Shown here: in pieces, positions 27,849-38,012 of the stretch
How positions within the stretch are numbered: the stretch's first letter is position 1
Layout: the number at the start of each line of letters is the position of its first letter
DNA from: Thiotrichaceae bacterium
GTDB taxonomy: Bacteria > Pseudomonadota > Gammaproteobacteria > Thiotrichales > Thiotrichaceae
Reading direction: 5' to 3'
Assembly: GCA_026989145.1 (NCBI GenBank)
Contig: JALSJU010000123.1
Location: 42,778 to 106,777 of the forward strand
DNA length: 64,000 nt
The notes under the pieces: generated by a model
The model's database searches: none
What the model was told of the DNA's origin: nothing
Seen by the model: the letters and a program-made list of their open reading frames with translations, nothing else
Position numbers and translations under genes: made by a program

Positions 27849-29051
27849 ATGTCGGGTCAATTTTTCAGAACTATTTTCAGCATCTGCATTACTTGTAGTA
27901 TTTTAACAGCCTGTGCAGGAAAAGATGTAAAACCCACTTCTAAAGATGATGCTACCGCAGTATCTTCAAATGATGATACAAGCAAAGGCTTGGCCAGTAA
28001 AAATTCTGTCGATAACAAAAAGGCAGCATTAAAAGCTCCCTCAAAGTTTGGCAAAATTAAAAAGCGTAAAATACCCAACCGCCCACGTGGAGGAACAGTT
28101 GTCAGTAAAGCCTTTGCCGATAACTTGATGGCTAACAGAAAAAAAGAAGCGGAGCGTTTCTTAAAGCAAGGCGCAGACCCAAGTACTGTAACAGCAGCAG
28201 GAGAGCCTGTTTTATACACAGCACTACGCTTAAACCAAAATGGAATGGCAGATAATCTTATTCTTTTTGGTGCCGATGTGAATGCTAAAACATCGGCTGG
28301 GCGCACACCATTACATTTGGCAGTAGAAAAAGCAGACACCAAATTTGTGAAACTACTATTAGAAAATGGTGCTGATGCAAATACAACAAGCCGGTCTGGT
28401 GAAACACCGTTAACGATAGCGATACAAAAAGGGCAGGCTGGCATTGTAGGTTATTTATTAAAATACCAAGCAGACCCAAATAAAAGTGCAAAAGGTGGTA
28501 ACCCACTACATATGGCAATAGCTAGAGCACAAGTAAATATCGTTGATAGCCTCTTAAAATATGGCGCCAATACAAACACAGGTAGTCAAAAAGGCACACC
28601 ACTACAAATTGTACTCAAAAATGGTAATGTGAAAATTGCAGAATTATTAGCAAGTAATAAAGCTGACGTGAATATAACCGATGGCATTGGTGAGTCTTTA
28701 TTACATAAAGCGGCAGCAAAAGGTCAACTAGGTTTTGCAAAAGTAATAATAGCAAATGGTGCCGATGTTAACGCGCGAGACCAGTCAAAAGAAACACCGC
28801 TACATGAAGCTGCAGCCAAAGGCCATACCGAGGTTGTAAAGTTACTCCTATCAAAAGGAGCTGACCTTTACGCAAAAACAGAAAAAAACTGGACAGCTTT
28901 ACATGAGGCTGCTCGCTTTGGCTACCCTGACACAGCATCTTATTTAATTAGCAAAGGTCTCAGCCGCAATGCATCGAATAGTGACGGAAAGACACCAAAA
29001 GGGCTTGCCAGCCATTTAAAGCACGGTGACGTTGTTGAGGTATTAAAGTAA
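27849..29051 (+). CDS. Ankyrin-repeat lipoprotein
   Basis: ILTAC lipobox after MSGQFF; about 9-10 G.TPLH.A repeats. ORF track begins at 27768. Confidence 0.88.
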   Translation: MSGQFFRTIFSICITCSILTACAGKDVKPTSKDDATAVSSNDDTSKGLASKNSVDNKKAALKAPSKFGKIKKRKIPNRPRGGTVVSKAFADNLMANRKKEAERFLKQGADPSTVTAAGEPVLYTALRLNQNGMADNLILFGADVNAKTSAGRTPLHLAVEKADTKFVKLLLENGADANTTSRSGETPLTIAIQKGQAGIVGYLLKYQADPNKSAKGGNPLHMAIARAQVNIVDSLLKYGANTNTGSQKGTPLQIVLKNGNVKIAELLASNKADVNITDGIGESLLHKAAAKGQLGFAKVIIANGADVNARDQSKETPLHEAAAKGHTEVVKLLLSKGADLYAKTEKNWTALHEAARFGYPDTASYLISKGLSRNASNSDGKTPKGLASHLKHGDVVEVLK

Positions 29052-29096
29052 CGTCAACCAACCTCTTTGCTATCTGAGGATAAAAATTTCCCGAAA

Positions 29097-29126
29097 TTCG
29101 CAAAAACAATAACTTAACGCTATAAT
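29097..29126 (+). promoter_or_regulatory. sigma70 promoter of the purE operon
   Basis: TTCGCA-N18-TATAAT upstream of the purE RBS and ATG at 29155. Confidence 0.55.
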
Positions 29127-29154
29127 GTCCCGTTTTGCGAAGTTAGGTATTAAC

Positions 29155-29646
29155 ATGTCTAAAGCCGTTATTGGTGTAGTAATGGGTAGCAACAGTGATT
29201 GGCACATTATGTCGAAAGCTGTTGAGCAGTTAAAAGTCTTTGGTATTGCGCATGAATACAAAGTTGTTTCTGCTCACCGTACCCCCGACCTCCTTTTTGA
29301 ATATGCTAGCAGTGCGAAACAGCGCGGCTTAAAAGCAATCATCGCAGGAGCTGGCGGTGCAGCACATTTACCCGGAATGTTAGCCGCAAAAACAACAATA
29401 CCCATTTTAGGTGTGCCTGTTCCATCGCGTCATTTAAACGGTGTTGACTCACTACACTCAATCGTACAGATGCCAGCAGGTATTCCTGTGGCAACATTTG
29501 CGATTGGCGAGGCGGGTGCTACCAACGCCGCTTTGTTCGCCATATCATTACTTGCTAACACGGATAATGCATTGGCAAACAAGCTTGATGCATTTCGTGA
29601 AACACAAAAACAAACGGCCATGAACATGGCACTACCACCAGAGTAA
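29155..29646 (+). CDS. purE: N5-CAIR mutase
   Basis: [43 protein letters not shown]. Confidence 0.97.
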   Translation: MSKAVIGVVMGSNSDWHIMSKAVEQLKVFGIAHEYKVVSAHRTPDLLFEYASSAKQRGLKAIIAGAGGAAHLPGMLAAKTTIPILGVPVPSRHLNGVDSLHSIVQMPAGIPVATFAIGEAGATNAALFAISLLANTDNALANKLDAFRETQKQTAMNMALPPE

Positions 29647-29649
29647 ATT

Positions 29650-30807
29650 ATGAAAAAAGCCTTATTACCAGGATCAACATTAGGCATGCTCGGTGGTGGG
29701 CAACTTGGCAGATTATTTACCCTATCTGCACGCTCTATGGGCTATAACGTAATCGTGTTAGAACCAGACCCTGACAGCCCTGCCGCACAGTTTGCTAATC
29801 AACATATCATTGCCGCCTATGATGATGAGGCTGCACTGATACAACTCGCATCCACTTGTGATGTAATTACGACTGAGTTTGAAAATATCCCTTCCGATGT
29901 ACTTAACAAACTCAATGAAACATGTCCTGTTCACCCATCTGCCAGTGCGCTAGAAAAAGCCCAAGATCGTATTGTTGAAAAGGCCTTTATTCTGTCCTGC
30001 GGTTTATTGCCTGTTCCTTATGTTGCAATAAAGTCAAAATCTGATATTGCTAAAGCTAGCAGTGAATTATCATTCCCTGCAATTTTGAAAACTGCTCGTT
30101 TTGGCTATGATGGTAAAGGCCAGCAAACTATAAAGTCAGCCGACGATATTGAAGAAGCTTTTATGCAAGCCAACCAAGCACCGTGTGTTTTAGAGCAATT
30201 CGTTGACCTTGATTGTGAAATTTCGGTAATTTTAGGCAGAAATGAGAGCGGTGAATCTCAATGTTTACCCATCCCCGAGAATATTCATAAAGATGGTATT
30301 CTCTATCAAAGTTTAGTGCCTGCACGCATAGACGATAATATTGCACAAGCAGCTGAGGCTGCGGCAAAGAGGCTAGCTGATAAATTAGACTATGTTGGTG
30401 TATTAGCGGTTGAGTTTTTTGTCACGAAACAGGGTGAGTTACTGGTCAATGAAATGGCTCCACGCACCCATAATAGTGGGCATTATAGTATTGATGCTTG
30501 TGTGACTTCCCAGTTTGAACAACAAGTCCGAATGATTTGTGACCTACCTTTCGGAGATACTCGCTTGCTGAGCCCTGTCGTGATGACGAATATGTTGGGA
30601 GACTTATGGTATGGAAAGCAGAATAATGATAATTTGCACTTGCCGGATTGGAATAAACTCCTAAAAAGCCAGCCTACAAAGCTCCATTTATATGGAAAAA
30701 AAGAAGCTCGACCTGGGCGCAAAATGGGGCATTACTGCACGCTTTCTGATAGTGTGGAGTCAGCAAAACAAGAAGCTGATAAAATTCATAAAACGCTTTC
30801 AGCTTAG
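29650..30807 (+). CDS. purK: N5-CAIR synthase
   Basis: GMLGGGQLGR, TTEFEN, GYDGKGQ, NEMAPRTHNSGH, GRKMGH. Confidence 0.97.
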   Translation: MKKALLPGSTLGMLGGGQLGRLFTLSARSMGYNVIVLEPDPDSPAAQFANQHIIAAYDDEAALIQLASTCDVITTEFENIPSDVLNKLNETCPVHPSASALEKAQDRIVEKAFILSCGLLPVPYVAIKSKSDIAKASSELSFPAILKTARFGYDGKGQQTIKSADDIEEAFMQANQAPCVLEQFVDLDCEISVILGRNESGESQCLPIPENIHKDGILYQSLVPARIDDNIAQAAEAAAKRLADKLDYVGVLAVEFFVTKQGELLVNEMAPRTHNSGHYSIDACVTSQFEQQVRMICDLPFGDTRLLSPVVMTNMLGDLWYGKQNNDNLHLPDWNKLLKSQPTKLHLYGKKEARPGRKMGHYCTLSDSVESAKQEADKIHKTLSA

Positions 30808-30840
30808 GCTGTTAACTGCAAACCGCTAAAAGGGATAAAC

Positions 30841-31215
30841 ATGGATCTTAATATATTAGTAAAAGCTCACTCAGGTATCGCCTATCTTGTGCTACTCATT
30901 TATGTTGTTAGAGGCATTATGATGCTGGCCAGCTCCAGTCTAACAAATTCACGTAGCGTTTTAGGCTTTGCCTCACTTGTTACACTAGCACTATTTGGTT
31001 TAGGTGTTTTTATTGCCTTTGAAAAGCATTTAAGTTTTGTCGATGGCTTTGTGCTCAGTAAGATTATTGGTTTGTTACTCTTTGTAGCCTTCGGGGTTGT
31101 CGCACTCAAGCAAGGTTTATCAAAACCTATTGCCAGCCTTCTTTGGTTATTAGGTTTGGCAGCCTTTGTTTATACCTACTTAATTGCTACACATAAGTTA
31201 GTACCCTTTTTTTAG
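30841..31215 (+). CDS. SirB2/YchQ-like membrane protein
   Basis: Four TM helices; H near the N-terminus and KIIGLLLFVAFG pattern. Confidence 0.65.
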   Translation: MDLNILVKAHSGIAYLVLLIYVVRGIMMLASSSLTNSRSVLGFASLVTLALFGLGVFIAFEKHLSFVDGFVLSKIIGLLLFVAFGVVALKQGLSKPIASLLWLLGLAAFVYTYLIATHKLVPFF

Positions 31216-31227
31216 AAGATAAAAAAC

Positions 31228-31818
31228 ATGCTAGATGCAAAACAACTTGCAGAATACCGCAAAGATATTTCTTTTTCAGAAACCCTCTGTGAGCAACCCT
31301 TAAAATTTAACAGTACTTGGGGTATCTTCTCACCAAGAGAGATTGATGCAGGTACGCACCTACTAATGAAGTACATCAAAATAAATCAAGATGACGATTG
31401 TTTTGATCTGGGCTGTGGTTATGGCCCTATTGGTTTAACCATGGCCAAACTTGCGCCCAGTGGGCAAACCCTATTAGTCGATAAAGACTTTATGGCGGTT
31501 GAGTACGCTAATAAAAATGCTACCTTAAATAATATTCAAAATGCTAAAGCTCAGCTTAGTAATGGTTTTCAACACATAGATCATGCTCTAAAATTTAACG
31601 TTATTGCCTCTAATGTACCTGCTAAAGTTGGCAAAGAAATGATGTCATTGATGTTACATGATGCACATCAAGCTTTAAAAAATGATGGCCGTTTATACTT
31701 AGTCACCGTTAATGGCTTACGCCAATATATGAAGCGAAACTTAAAAGAAATTTTTGGCAATTACAAAAAACTAAAACAAGGCAAAGCTTACACAATACAT
31801 CTCGCAACAAAAAATTGA
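31228..31818 (+). CDS. Class I SAM methyltransferase (MTS/RsmC C-terminal-like)
   Basis: GIFSPREIDAGT.LL, DLGCGYGPIG, ASNVP. Confidence 0.88.
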   Translation: MLDAKQLAEYRKDISFSETLCEQPLKFNSTWGIFSPREIDAGTHLLMKYIKINQDDDCFDLGCGYGPIGLTMAKLAPSGQTLLVDKDFMAVEYANKNATLNNIQNAKAQLSNGFQHIDHALKFNVIASNVPAKVGKEMMSLMLHDAHQALKNDGRLYLVTVNGLRQYMKRNLKEIFGNYKKLKQGKAYTIHLATKN

Positions 31819-31827
31819 GAATAATAA

Positions 31828-32304
31828 ATGAAAGACGAAGATGACCAAATTACTTTTTTTTACAGCTGTGATACTCAGTTAGATATTTTTAAACTTATTG
31901 GTGAATCTATAGTCAATGAAGAACACTTTTTAATTAAATTTTATGATGAGTTCGCGGTTGATATTTATATGTTACTAGATCGACCTAAGTCTAATTTTAT
32001 CGCTATAGATTGGGATAATACGATTAGTGCTGACAAAAAATTTTTCTTAAAGCTAATTAAAAAACTACAAACAGCAGGATACACCCCATTTGTTTGTACT
32101 TTACGCGCACCAGACAAAGAAAGTATTAAAGAAATAAAAGATGTTCTTGAAGAGGTAAATATTGCTATTTACTTAACTGACGGAAAACCTAAAAGAAAAT
32201 ATATGAAAGAGTTGGGCGTAAAAGTACACCTATGGATCGATGATTTTTATCCAGGGATCTGTGGTGAATCATGCAAAATGCTAACAAGGAACAATATTGT
32301 ATGA
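31828..32304 (+). CDS. Capless HAD-superfamily phosphatase, phage-like
   Basis: Motif I IAIDWDNT, motif II VCTLR, Lys in GKPK, motif IV WIDD. Confidence 0.7.
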   Translation: MKDEDDQITFFYSCDTQLDIFKLIGESIVNEEHFLIKFYDEFAVDIYMLLDRPKSNFIAIDWDNTISADKKFFLKLIKKLQTAGYTPFVCTLRAPDKESIKEIKDVLEEVNIAIYLTDGKPKRKYMKELGVKVHLWIDDFYPGICGESCKMLTRNNIV

Positions 32305-32894
32305 GTCAAACAAGCGCCGTAATTAACGAAAAAGTAATTCATCAATTCATTGCAGGGGATTACCAGCAAATCCATTGCGACAAATGCGAAATGACATTTC
32401 TAACCAATGTCTATATGTTTGATGATAATCATGTGTTGTTAGAAAAACGCTCTTTAGGTTTAGAGTATTATTGCGGTGCAATCCATAGCCAAGGCTTACA
32501 CAAAGTCCCTAATATTCATCGCGTTGGTATCTTAGATGAGGAAGATAATATTGTAGAAAGCCCCAGTCAGGAAGAGATTTATTCAGGCGATGAAACAGAT
32601 TTACGTTTTATCTATGTGATGGAAAAACTCCAGCATTTAGATGAAGCTGACAGTGCTTATTTTGATGAATGTACACAAAATTTTGACTGGAAATCGGATG
32701 TTGATCGCTTAGAGATTGTTGCTGGTATCACTGAACGTTACAATGCTGAACTTGCCCAAGATATTACAAAGTTATACCATTTTTATAAAAAACATGAGGG
32801 TGTGCTCGCTTGGGATTTACACGGGGATAACTTAATGCAGCGCATCAACACTGGGGAAGTTGTTATTCTTGATCCTTTTACACGTAGAGCCTAA
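32301..32894 (+). CDS. Protein-kinase-like protein resembling the T7 gp0.7 kinase domain
   Basis: VPNIHRV, YVMEKL, WDLHGDNLM catalytic loop, VVILDP; ATGA overlap with the upstream HAD gene; AAGGA RBS. Confidence 0.6.
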   Translation: MSQTSAVINEKVIHQFIAGDYQQIHCDKCEMTFLTNVYMFDDNHVLLEKRSLGLEYYCGAIHSQGLHKVPNIHRVGILDEEDNIVESPSQEEIYSGDETDLRFIYVMEKLQHLDEADSAYFDECTQNFDWKSDVDRLEIVAGITERYNAELAQDITKLYHFYKKHEGVLAWDLHGDNLMQRINTGEVVILDPFTRRA

Positions 32895-32926
32895 ATCAGC
32901 ACGCCTCAAACTAATTGTTTCTTGCA

Positions 32927-34072
32927 CTAATCCTCAATGAAAACTTCCATTGCATCATTTAAAAAAGCCCATCCTTTAGTGCTAGGCCAATATCGACTTC
33001 CTTCTGACTTTAGCAAACCATTTTCAGTTATTTGAGCTAATTTTTTCTCAACTTTCGTAAAGTCTAGCCCCGTTCTCGCTGCAAATAATTCTGCTGAAAA
33101 GCCATCTTTTAAACGTAATGCGTTAAGCATAAACTCAAAGGGGCGATCCTTTTCTGCCACATAATGTGTTGATGAACGTGGTTCATTGAGCAGTGCTTGC
33201 CTCATATACTGCTCCGGATGACGATGCTTTAAATGGCGAATAATACTGCCATCCGGCATACTTAATTTACCATGCGCACCCGCACCAATGCCTAAGTAAT
33301 CCCCATACTGCCAGTAATTATTATTATGATGACACTGCCGCTTAGGCTTGGCGTAAGCCGAAACTTCATATTGATTAAACCCTGCCCCAGCCAATACGCT
33401 TTGCCCCGCTTCTTGCAACTCCCACAGTAGCTCGTCGTTTGGCAATGCCGGTGGCGCATGATGAAATAAGGTGTTTTCTTCTATAGTAAGCTGATACCAA
33501 CTAAGGTGCTGAGGCGAGCATTCAATCGCTTGCTGCAGGTCATCTAGCGCTTGCTGTGTTGATTGTTGTGGCAAACCAAACATTAAATCCAAATTAAAGT
33601 TATCAAAGCCTGCTTGCTTGGCAATGCTCGCTGCTTTTACAGCTTCTGTTGAATCGTGTACCCGCCCCAATGCCTTTAGCTTAGTATTACTGAAACTTTG
33701 TATACCAATTGAAAGCCGATTAATGCCTGACTCTCTATAGGCACTAAAGCGGTTTTGTTCAAAGGTACTGGGGTTTGCCTCCAAGGTGATTTCTGTATTA
33801 GGTCGGATTGGCAAGCGCTCACGCAAGCCAGACATTAGCAATTCAATCGCCTTTGCAGAAAATAAACTTGGGGTTCCACCACCAATAAAAATAGATACTA
33901 TCGGACGCCCCCAAATATGCGGTAATTCGGTTTCTAAATCTTTTAATAGTGCTTTTACATAATCAAACTCAGGAACTTCATTACGTGCCTCATGCGAGTT
34001 AAAATCGCAATAAGGACACTTTTTAATACACCATGGGATATGAACGTATAAGCTAAGAGGAATTGGCTTCAT
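32927..34072 (-). CDS. hemW: Radical SAM heme chaperone
   Basis: LYVHIPWCIKKCPYCDFNS, IFIGGGTPS, NRLSIGIQSF, YLGIGAGAHG. Confidence 0.95.
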   Translation of the reverse strand: MKPIPLSLYVHIPWCIKKCPYCDFNSHEARNEVPEFDYVKALLKDLETELPHIWGRPIVSIFIGGGTPSLFSAKAIELLMSGLRERLPIRPNTEITLEANPSTFEQNRFSAYRESGINRLSIGIQSFSNTKLKALGRVHDSTEAVKAASIAKQAGFDNFNLDLMFGLPQQSTQQALDDLQQAIECSPQHLSWYQLTIEENTLFHHAPPALPNDELLWELQEAGQSVLAGAGFNQYEVSAYAKPKRQCHHNNNYWQYGDYLGIGAGAHGKLSMPDGSIIRHLKHRHPEQYMRQALLNEPRSSTHYVAEKDRPFEFMLNALRLKDGFSAELFAARTGLDFTKVEKKLAQITENGLLKSEGSRYWPSTKGWAFLNDAMEVFIED

Positions 34073-34857
34073 AACACTTGTGTAGTGGGTTTAATGTGGT
34101 TACTCAACTTAACAAACTCTTCAACACTTAAGGTCTCTGCGCGTGCGCTAGGGTCAATATTCAAACTTTCAATTTCTTCACTACTTATCAGTTTTTTCAG
34201 GTTATTACGTAATGTTTTACGCCGCATTGAAAAAGCTTGAGCAACAACTGATGCTAACTTTTTTTCATCATCAGCCTTTTGGTCAAAAAACTTTCGAGGG
34301 ATTAACCTTAGGATTGCTGAATCTACTTTAGGAGGAGGCGAAAAAGATTCTGGTCCCACGAAAAACAAGTATTCCGTCTCACAAAAATACTGCACCATCA
34401 CAGATAACCTACCGTAGGTTTTACTGCCAGGTTTCGCGGTAATTCTCTCTACCACTTCATTTTGCAACATGAAGTGCATATCAGAAATTTTTGAAGCGGA
34501 CTCGAGAAGATGAAAGATCAAAGGCGTAGATATATTATAGGGTAGGTTACCTACCACCCTTAAAGTACCACCCTTTTCTAGCTGATCAAACTCAAACGTT
34601 AGAGCATCTTGCTCATGTATTTGTAACGAGGCTAGATTCTTTAGTTTTAACCGTGCTATTACATCACGATCAATTTCAACAACATGTAAAGCTGATAAGG
34701 CATCTAAGAGAGGGAAGGTAAGGGCTCCTAGCCCCGGCCCTATTTCAACAATATTATCATCCACTTGCGGGTTTATTTCATAAATAAGCTTTTGAATAAC
34801 ACCTTGGTCATGCAAAAAATGTTGTCCGAAACGTTTCTTTGTTTTGTATTTTTGCAT
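34069..34857 (-). CDS. rsmA: 16S rRNA m6,2A dimethyltransferase
   Basis: KKRFGQHFL, EIGPGLGALT, VVGNLPYNIST, PPPKVDSA. Confidence 0.97.
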   Translation of the reverse strand: MQKYKTKKRFGQHFLHDQGVIQKLIYEINPQVDDNIVEIGPGLGALTFPLLDALSALHVVEIDRDVIARLKLKNLASLQIHEQDALTFEFDQLEKGGTLRVVGNLPYNISTPLIFHLLESASKISDMHFMLQNEVVERITAKPGSKTYGRLSVMVQYFCETEYLFFVGPESFSPPPKVDSAILRLIPRKFFDQKADDEKKLASVVAQAFSMRRKTLRNNLKKLISSEEIESLNIDPSARAETLSVEEFVKLSNHIKPTTQVL

Positions 34858-34878
34858 AATTAAGTTTTCTCACCTAGA

Positions 34879-34909
34879 AACAAAATAGCCTCCATTTCTG
34901 GAGGCTATT
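34879..34909 (-). terminator. Intrinsic terminator after the OmpA-family gene
   Basis: Minus strand TAATAGCCTCC-AGAAAT-GGAGGCTATTTTGTTT. Confidence 0.65.
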
Positions 34910-34933
34910 ATAACAATTAACGGCTGCTTTTAT

Positions 34934-37186
34934 TTATGGGCGTATCTTTAACTCAACACGACGATTAGACTTTCTACCTTCTGCAGTATTATTGTCAGCT
35001 ATTGGTTTTTGATCACCATACCCTTTAGCAACTAACCTGCTTGCTTCAACACCTTGTTTAATGAGTTCAATCATCACACTATTTGCACGTCGTTGAGAGA
35101 GAGACTCATTAAGAGCACTTCCTCCTTGATTATCCGTATGACCTGATATTTCTAACTTCAAGCTTGGGTTTTTCTTAATCGTTGCCGCTGCCGCATTTAT
35201 AACAGGTAAAGACTCTGTCGTTAAATTAGCAGACCCCGTAATAAAGTTAACCCCCTCTAAAGTAATATTTTCGGTAGATCCGCAACCAAACTCATTCACC
35301 TTTGAGCCTGCACTGGTGCTAGGACACATATCAGCAGCATCCGCTACTCCATCTTTATCTGCATCATCAATATTAGGGCAGCCCTGAGCATTCACCTCGC
35401 TACCAGCAGGAGAATTTAGACATTTATCTGAATGATCTAAAACACCATCTTTATCCCCGTCAGCGGTAGCATCTGCTAGCTTTTTTGATAAATCATCGTT
35501 AGCAGCACCTAGTTTTTTACAAGACTCTTTTAAGCCATTCAACTCACTCTTGCTTGCCTCTAAAGCTGCTAAAGACTTATTTTTTTCAGCATCAATATTA
35601 GCAAGCTTACTTTTTAAATCAATAATTTCTGCATTACAAGACTCTACTGCGCCAGCGTTAGTTGCTAATTTATTTTCAGCTTCGGCTAATTTAGCTTTTA
35701 ATTCCGCAGTACCATCATTCAACATTCTATAAGCAGCTTGCAATGCAGTTAATTCTGTTGCCGATTGACCTAACGCATTTAGCTTTCTAGCTTGTGAGCC
35801 AGCACTAGCTTCTAAACTGCCAACTTTAGACTCTAAGGTTTTATTTACATTACTGAGTTCAGCTAACTTCTTTTTAAGTTCTACATTTTCATCGTTACGC
35901 GCTTTATAAGCACTTTGCAGAGCGCCTAACTCTGTCGCTGACTGCCCCAAGGCATTAAGCTTTCTCGCTTGTGAGCCAGCGCTAGCTTCCAAGCTACCTA
36001 CTTTAGATTGTAAGGTTTTATTTAGATTACTGAGTTCAGCTAACTTCTTTTTAAGTTCTACATTTTCATCATTACGCGCTTTATAAGCACTTTGTAGAGC
36101 GCCTAACTCTGTCGCTGACTGCCCCAAAGCATTAAGCTTTCTCGCTTGTGAGCCAGCACTAGCTTCCAAGCTACCTACTTTAGATTGTAAGGTTTTATTT
36201 ACATTACTGAGTTCGGCTAACTTCTTTTTAAGTTCTGCGTTTTCATCATTGCGCGCTTTATATGCACTTTGTAAAGCCGTTAATTCTGTTTCCGACTGGC
36301 CAAGGGCGGTAAGCTTCCTTGCTTGAGCTCCTGCATTTGATTCTAATGCACCTAACTTTGATTGTAGTGATTTATTTGCATTATCAAACTCTTTAATTTT
36401 TTCTTTTAAAACAGTGACTTCGTCGTTACGGGCTTTATAAGCACTCTGTAATGCGGTTAATTCAGATGCTGACTGACCTAAAACCATTAGCTTTCTTGCT
36501 TGAGCACCAGAGTTTGCCTCTAAAGTAGCTAGCTTTGATTCTAATGATTTGTTTGCACTATCAAAATCGGCCAGTTTGGCTTTTAATTTCGTAATCTCCT
36601 CTTTGCTTGAACTTAAAGCGCTTGCGGTCTTTTCTTCTAGCTGTTTGGTTTTTTGTTCAAAACTTGCTACTTGGTCAGCACTTTCACTTTGTTCTTTAGT
36701 TAGCGTCTCAATAATTGCTCGGCTATCAGCAAGTTGATTTTGAGTATCCGCTAAAGACTGCTCCATTGAGCTAATTTTTCCTTTTGAGGCTGCGGCTGCT
36801 TTATCATAATGTTGCTTTAACGCAAGCAGCTCATTTTTTGCACTATCATCGCATTTCACTGGTGCAACAACAGGTGATGCTGCAGCTACGGGAGGCATTG
36901 GAAAGGCTATAGGGGCCGGCGGTGGGCTATTAAAAAACGGCCCAAGTGGCGGTAAAGGTAAAGCAGCAGGCATGGGAGTTGGAACCATTTTATTCGCGAC
37001 GCTTTCAGGCACAGGCACGCAGTCTGCCCACATAATAGGTGCTTGAGTATTATTCCAAATGGGCGGTGGTGGTGGTGGCGCTTGCATACCAAAGTTATTA
37101 AAAAAGGGAGGGGCTTCCGCAGAAGCCTGTTGGGCTAATACGACTAACAATGTACTAGCGAGGAATGTTCTTAGCGGTTTTTTCAT
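34934..37186 (-). CDS. Secreted OmpA-family protein with Pro-rich N-terminus, coiled-coil repeats, TSP3-like Ca-binding repeats and peptidoglycan-binding domain
   Basis: Signal peptide; DGDKDGVLD..D.C and DADKDGVAD..D.C; ISGHTD..N..LSQRRA..KGYG..N..GRKSNRRVE. Confidence 0.88.
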   Translation of the reverse strand: MKKPLRTFLASTLLVVLAQQASAEAPPFFNNFGMQAPPPPPPIWNNTQAPIMWADCVPVPESVANKMVPTPMPAALPLPPLGPFFNSPPPAPIAFPMPPVAAASPVVAPVKCDDSAKNELLALKQHYDKAAAASKGKISSMEQSLADTQNQLADSRAIIETLTKEQSESADQVASFEQKTKQLEEKTASALSSSKEEITKLKAKLADFDSANKSLESKLATLEANSGAQARKLMVLGQSASELTALQSAYKARNDEVTVLKEKIKEFDNANKSLQSKLGALESNAGAQARKLTALGQSETELTALQSAYKARNDENAELKKKLAELSNVNKTLQSKVGSLEASAGSQARKLNALGQSATELGALQSAYKARNDENVELKKKLAELSNLNKTLQSKVGSLEASAGSQARKLNALGQSATELGALQSAYKARNDENVELKKKLAELSNVNKTLESKVGSLEASAGSQARKLNALGQSATELTALQAAYRMLNDGTAELKAKLAEAENKLATNAGAVESCNAEIIDLKSKLANIDAEKNKSLAALEASKSELNGLKESCKKLGAANDDLSKKLADATADGDKDGVLDHSDKCLNSPAGSEVNAQGCPNIDDADKDGVADAADMCPSTSAGSKVNEFGCGSTENITLEGVNFITGSANLTTESLPVINAAAATIKKNPSLKLEISGHTDNQGGSALNESLSQRRANSVMIELIKQGVEASRLVAKGYGDQKPIADNNTAEGRKSNRRVELKIRP
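35715..36601 (-). repeat. Five tandem 177-bp (59-aa) coding repeats
   Basis: Recurrent ARKL.ALGQS..EL.ALQSAYKARND; identical landmarks at 35941 and 36118 are 177 bp apart. Confidence 0.9.
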
Positions 37187-37262
37187 TCAACTTCTCCAAG
37201 TAAAATAATTAAAATTTATAATATTGGCAAATTAGCAACTTAACCAAAGTGCGCCTACTGTA

Positions 37263-37685
37263 TTAGCCTTTACCACCCATCAAAAAATCTCTGCGTGCGG
37301 CAGCGATAGTAATCGTAAAGCCTGCAATCACATCAATAAACGACATGACGGCTAAAAATAAAAAGGTCGAGTCCCCTTTGCCTCCGATACTCCAAGGAAA
37401 AATCATCCACACCACCAAATACGCAACAAATGTGATCGTTGACAATGTATGGTCAACTATTGAAATTTTCGTGGTGCGGGTTGATTTGAACAGCTCAATA
37501 TACAGAACGACCAAACCTACCAAAACAGCAATATCACCCCACGTTGGCTTCCAAATATTACCTGACGGTAATCCAACATGAAAAACTACATAGTTAAGCT
37601 TTTCTGGAAACAATCCAAATTGGTGACCTCCCCAAAAGCCTACTAATAAAATTGCAAATAACGGAATATAGTTAAAAATGGCCAT
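37263..37685 (-). CDS. Hypothetical 4-TM membrane protein
   Basis: TWGD..ELFKSTRT..SIVDHTLS..DVIAGFTITIAAARRD; pattern recalled from a conserved uncharacterised family. Confidence 0.65.
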   Translation of the reverse strand: MAIFNYIPLFAILLVGFWGGHQFGLFPEKLNYVVFHVGLPSGNIWKPTWGDIAVLVGLVVLYIELFKSTRTTKISIVDHTLSTITFVAYLVVWMIFPWSIGGKGDSTFLFLAVMSFIDVIAGFTITIAAARRDFLMGGKG

Positions 37686-38012
37686 GCCATTACCTAGTCT
37701 TATCGAATGCCCATTCTATGGGTGTTAACGAGATCAAGCAACTTATATCATTCCCAGATCGAAAACCCAATGATAGCACAAGCCTTTGATTCCATAGAAC
37801 ATCCCCAACCGTATGGCTTTTCGAATATACTGGGCTAACTAAAGATATGAAACCAAAGTCTTGTACTCTCATTCGCGTTTCTATCTGGAGATTAGGATTT
37901 TACGACAGTTCTATCAGATACTCATAAGAAAAGCCTTCTAATAAGCTTGATTATAACGATTTTTTGGTAATTATCCGTAAATGGTTAAAAATTGCCCGAT
38001 TCCGTAAAACAC

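Noticed and set aside
27857-28444. 195-aa antisense ORF and other long shadow ORFs (e.g. 6952-7329, 42289-42792, 57428-57805, 52623-52982)
   Set aside because: They lie fully opposite well-supported genes and are explained by codon bias; no independent motifs.
37690-37872. 60-aa ORF between the membrane-protein gene and osmC
   Set aside because: No recognisable motif or clear RBS; cannot be supported from sequence alone.
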